A stretch of 64,000 bases of DNA from Yuukianura sp. NJ FZ-2021 (taxonomy: Eukaryota): the NCBI GenBank assembly GCA_046563655.1, contig CM102289.1, positions 8,308,001-8,372,000 of the forward strand, given 5' to 3'. Positions within the stretch are counted from its first letter, which is position 1, and the number at the start of each line of letters is the position of its first letter. Made by a program: the position numbers and the translations under genes. The notes beneath the pieces were generated by a model. The model was given only the letters and a program-made list of their open reading frames with translations. It was not told the DNA's origin and did no database searches. Shown here piece by piece: positions 62,514 to 64,000 of this stretch.

Positions 62514-62611
62514 CTTAGTCTTTTCTCCTCCAGCTCTAACGGTACGAAGTCAGCTCGTTTCGAAAATTTCAAGTTTCCAAAATTTTGAACCAAACATAAC
62601 ATTTTTGTCAT
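62514..62611 (-). CDS. Candidate alternative first coding exon of the GRAM gene
   Basis: ATG at 62611, encodes MTKMLCLVQNFGNLKFSKRADFVPLELEEKRL and ends in phase 2 at the strong donor AAG|GTAATT. Confidence 0.4.
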
Positions 62612-63422
62612 TTAAATTTAACACAAATACTGATATTTACTTTCCGTCTTTTGCAACAAGTATTCCGGTGAATTGCTCAATTCACTTCTTCACAATTTGA
62701 AATTTTCAAAATTTCAGTTCAGAAGACTGAAAACTCACTCACTTCAAAATTTGTTTAGAAGCGGAAGGCAATGGCAGTGGCAAAAGACCAATATTTTCTC
62801 AACTGTCAAAACTGAATTAACGCAGAATGCGTTGTCACCAGGCGAAGATCTCCACTGCAATGCAGTTCTTTTCTCTTTGTGTGTGCAAAAATCGAGTCAT
62901 ACGAGAAGAAATGACTTGCGAAGTCGTAAATCTCAAAATAGGCGTATGGAGTTAGTACGAACCAAAAGCGAAAAAACACATGAATGAGGACAGTTCGTTG
63001 GCAGAATCTTAAGAATCTTTCTGACTCCCCGCTTTTGGCAAAAGTTCAACACAGACTACGAACGGCGCTTGTTCTGCCTGCATTTTCTTCCGGTAGCAGA
63101 GACATATAGACGCTGCTCTCACAGTTTATTTTCAATTTAGGAAAAAACGGAGAAAAATAAGCCGCGTGTGCCTCAAAAAACCCAATGACAAACAGGAACT
63201 AACTTCAAGAAAATGAAAAAAACGCTGCAAAAAAATTTCCTTACGGTGTTGACGCTAAATGAAAACAAAAATAAACAAAAATGCTAAAGTAAAGTCGACA
63301 AACTTAAATTTATCTTTAAAAAAATTTACCTAACCTCTGACAACCATTAGGTTAGGTGACGAATCTTACCCAAGTCTGTTGAAATTTCAAAATTTTGGAG
63401 AAAGTTAAGCTTTCACTTGTAC

Positions 63423-63604
63423 CTGCTTTGCGAATCCAAGTAAACGTCTTCGTCCAAGTCAAAACTTGACACAGAGCTGTGATCTCCGTCACTTGAATTG
63501 TGGACACAAATGATCGGCAGTCCAGTACTAGCATGGAGACTGCCAGTTTTGAAACCGCAGTTTTCGCAAGCCTGTCTATCAATTGTGGTAAACTGATTTT
63601 CCAT
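63423..63604 (-). CDS. Candidate alternative first coding exon of the GRAM gene
   Basis: ATG at 63604, encodes MENQFTTIDRQACENCGFKTGSLHASTGLPIICVHNSSDGDHSSVSSFDLDEDVYLDSQS and ends in phase 2 at donor CAG|GTACAA. It is GC-richer than its flanks. Confidence 0.5.
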
Positions 63605-64000
63605 CACGCTTAAGACTTAGGCTTAACAAGATGAAAGTGTTATTAATTAGGATAAACCGAAAGTAAACATGGAGCAGATGAAAGCCTTTGGCCACTACAA
63701 AGCTCCGCCGTAGAATGATGAAGCTCATCCGATCGTGCTTTTTCCAGAAGACGCTTCAAGACGATGATATTTAAGTTCTTAGCCAATGTCAAACTAATGT
63801 CTATTCTTAGACATGCCCTTCTCAAAAAGCCTATAAACCTAACATCTACTAGGCATTTTGGACAAGTGGGAAATAGAACGGAAGCTAACCTTGTTCCTGT
63901 TCTTAATAGAATTTCTACGAATCAACGAATCCACCCTCATAACATGAAAGTAAGTGACGATGTCAAGTTTGACAAGGTAAATAGTAAGTCTGATCATATC

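Overview
AT-rich eukaryotic genomic DNA with short GT-AG introns, arthropod-type TATA+Inr promoters and scattered TTAGG-like tracts. A soil hexapod such as a springtail is a plausible source, but that is inference. I reconstructed eight protein-coding genes by hand from splice sites and reading phase: (1) a Fili/tartan/capricious-type LRR transmembrane protein; (2) a small secreted His-rich/Gly-Tyr-rich prepropeptide ending in GKR; (3) a signal-peptide-bearing CRAL-TRIO/SEC14-like protein; (4) a secreted spherulin-4/GH135-like glycoside hydrolase; (5) a cytochrome b561; (6) an actinobacterial-type NlpC/P60 protein; (7) an MTH1/NUDT1-like protein with a degenerate Nudix box; and (8) a GRAMD2-like gene with several candidate alternative first exons. 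Six non-autonomous DNA transposons have visible TIRs and TSDs, and three of them carry internal minisatellites. The most interesting region is 31.5-42.9 kb. It holds two microbial-type cell-wall/biofilm enzyme genes that have introns and signal-peptide exons. The NlpC/P60 gene has lost its catalytic Cys, has a partial internal duplication, and is fused to a Cys-rich exon with a GPI-like tail. An in-frame stop lies inside its intron-2 donor, so it could encode both soluble and surface-anchored forms of a non-catalytic peptidoglycan binder. All homology calls come from motif recognition, not database searches.
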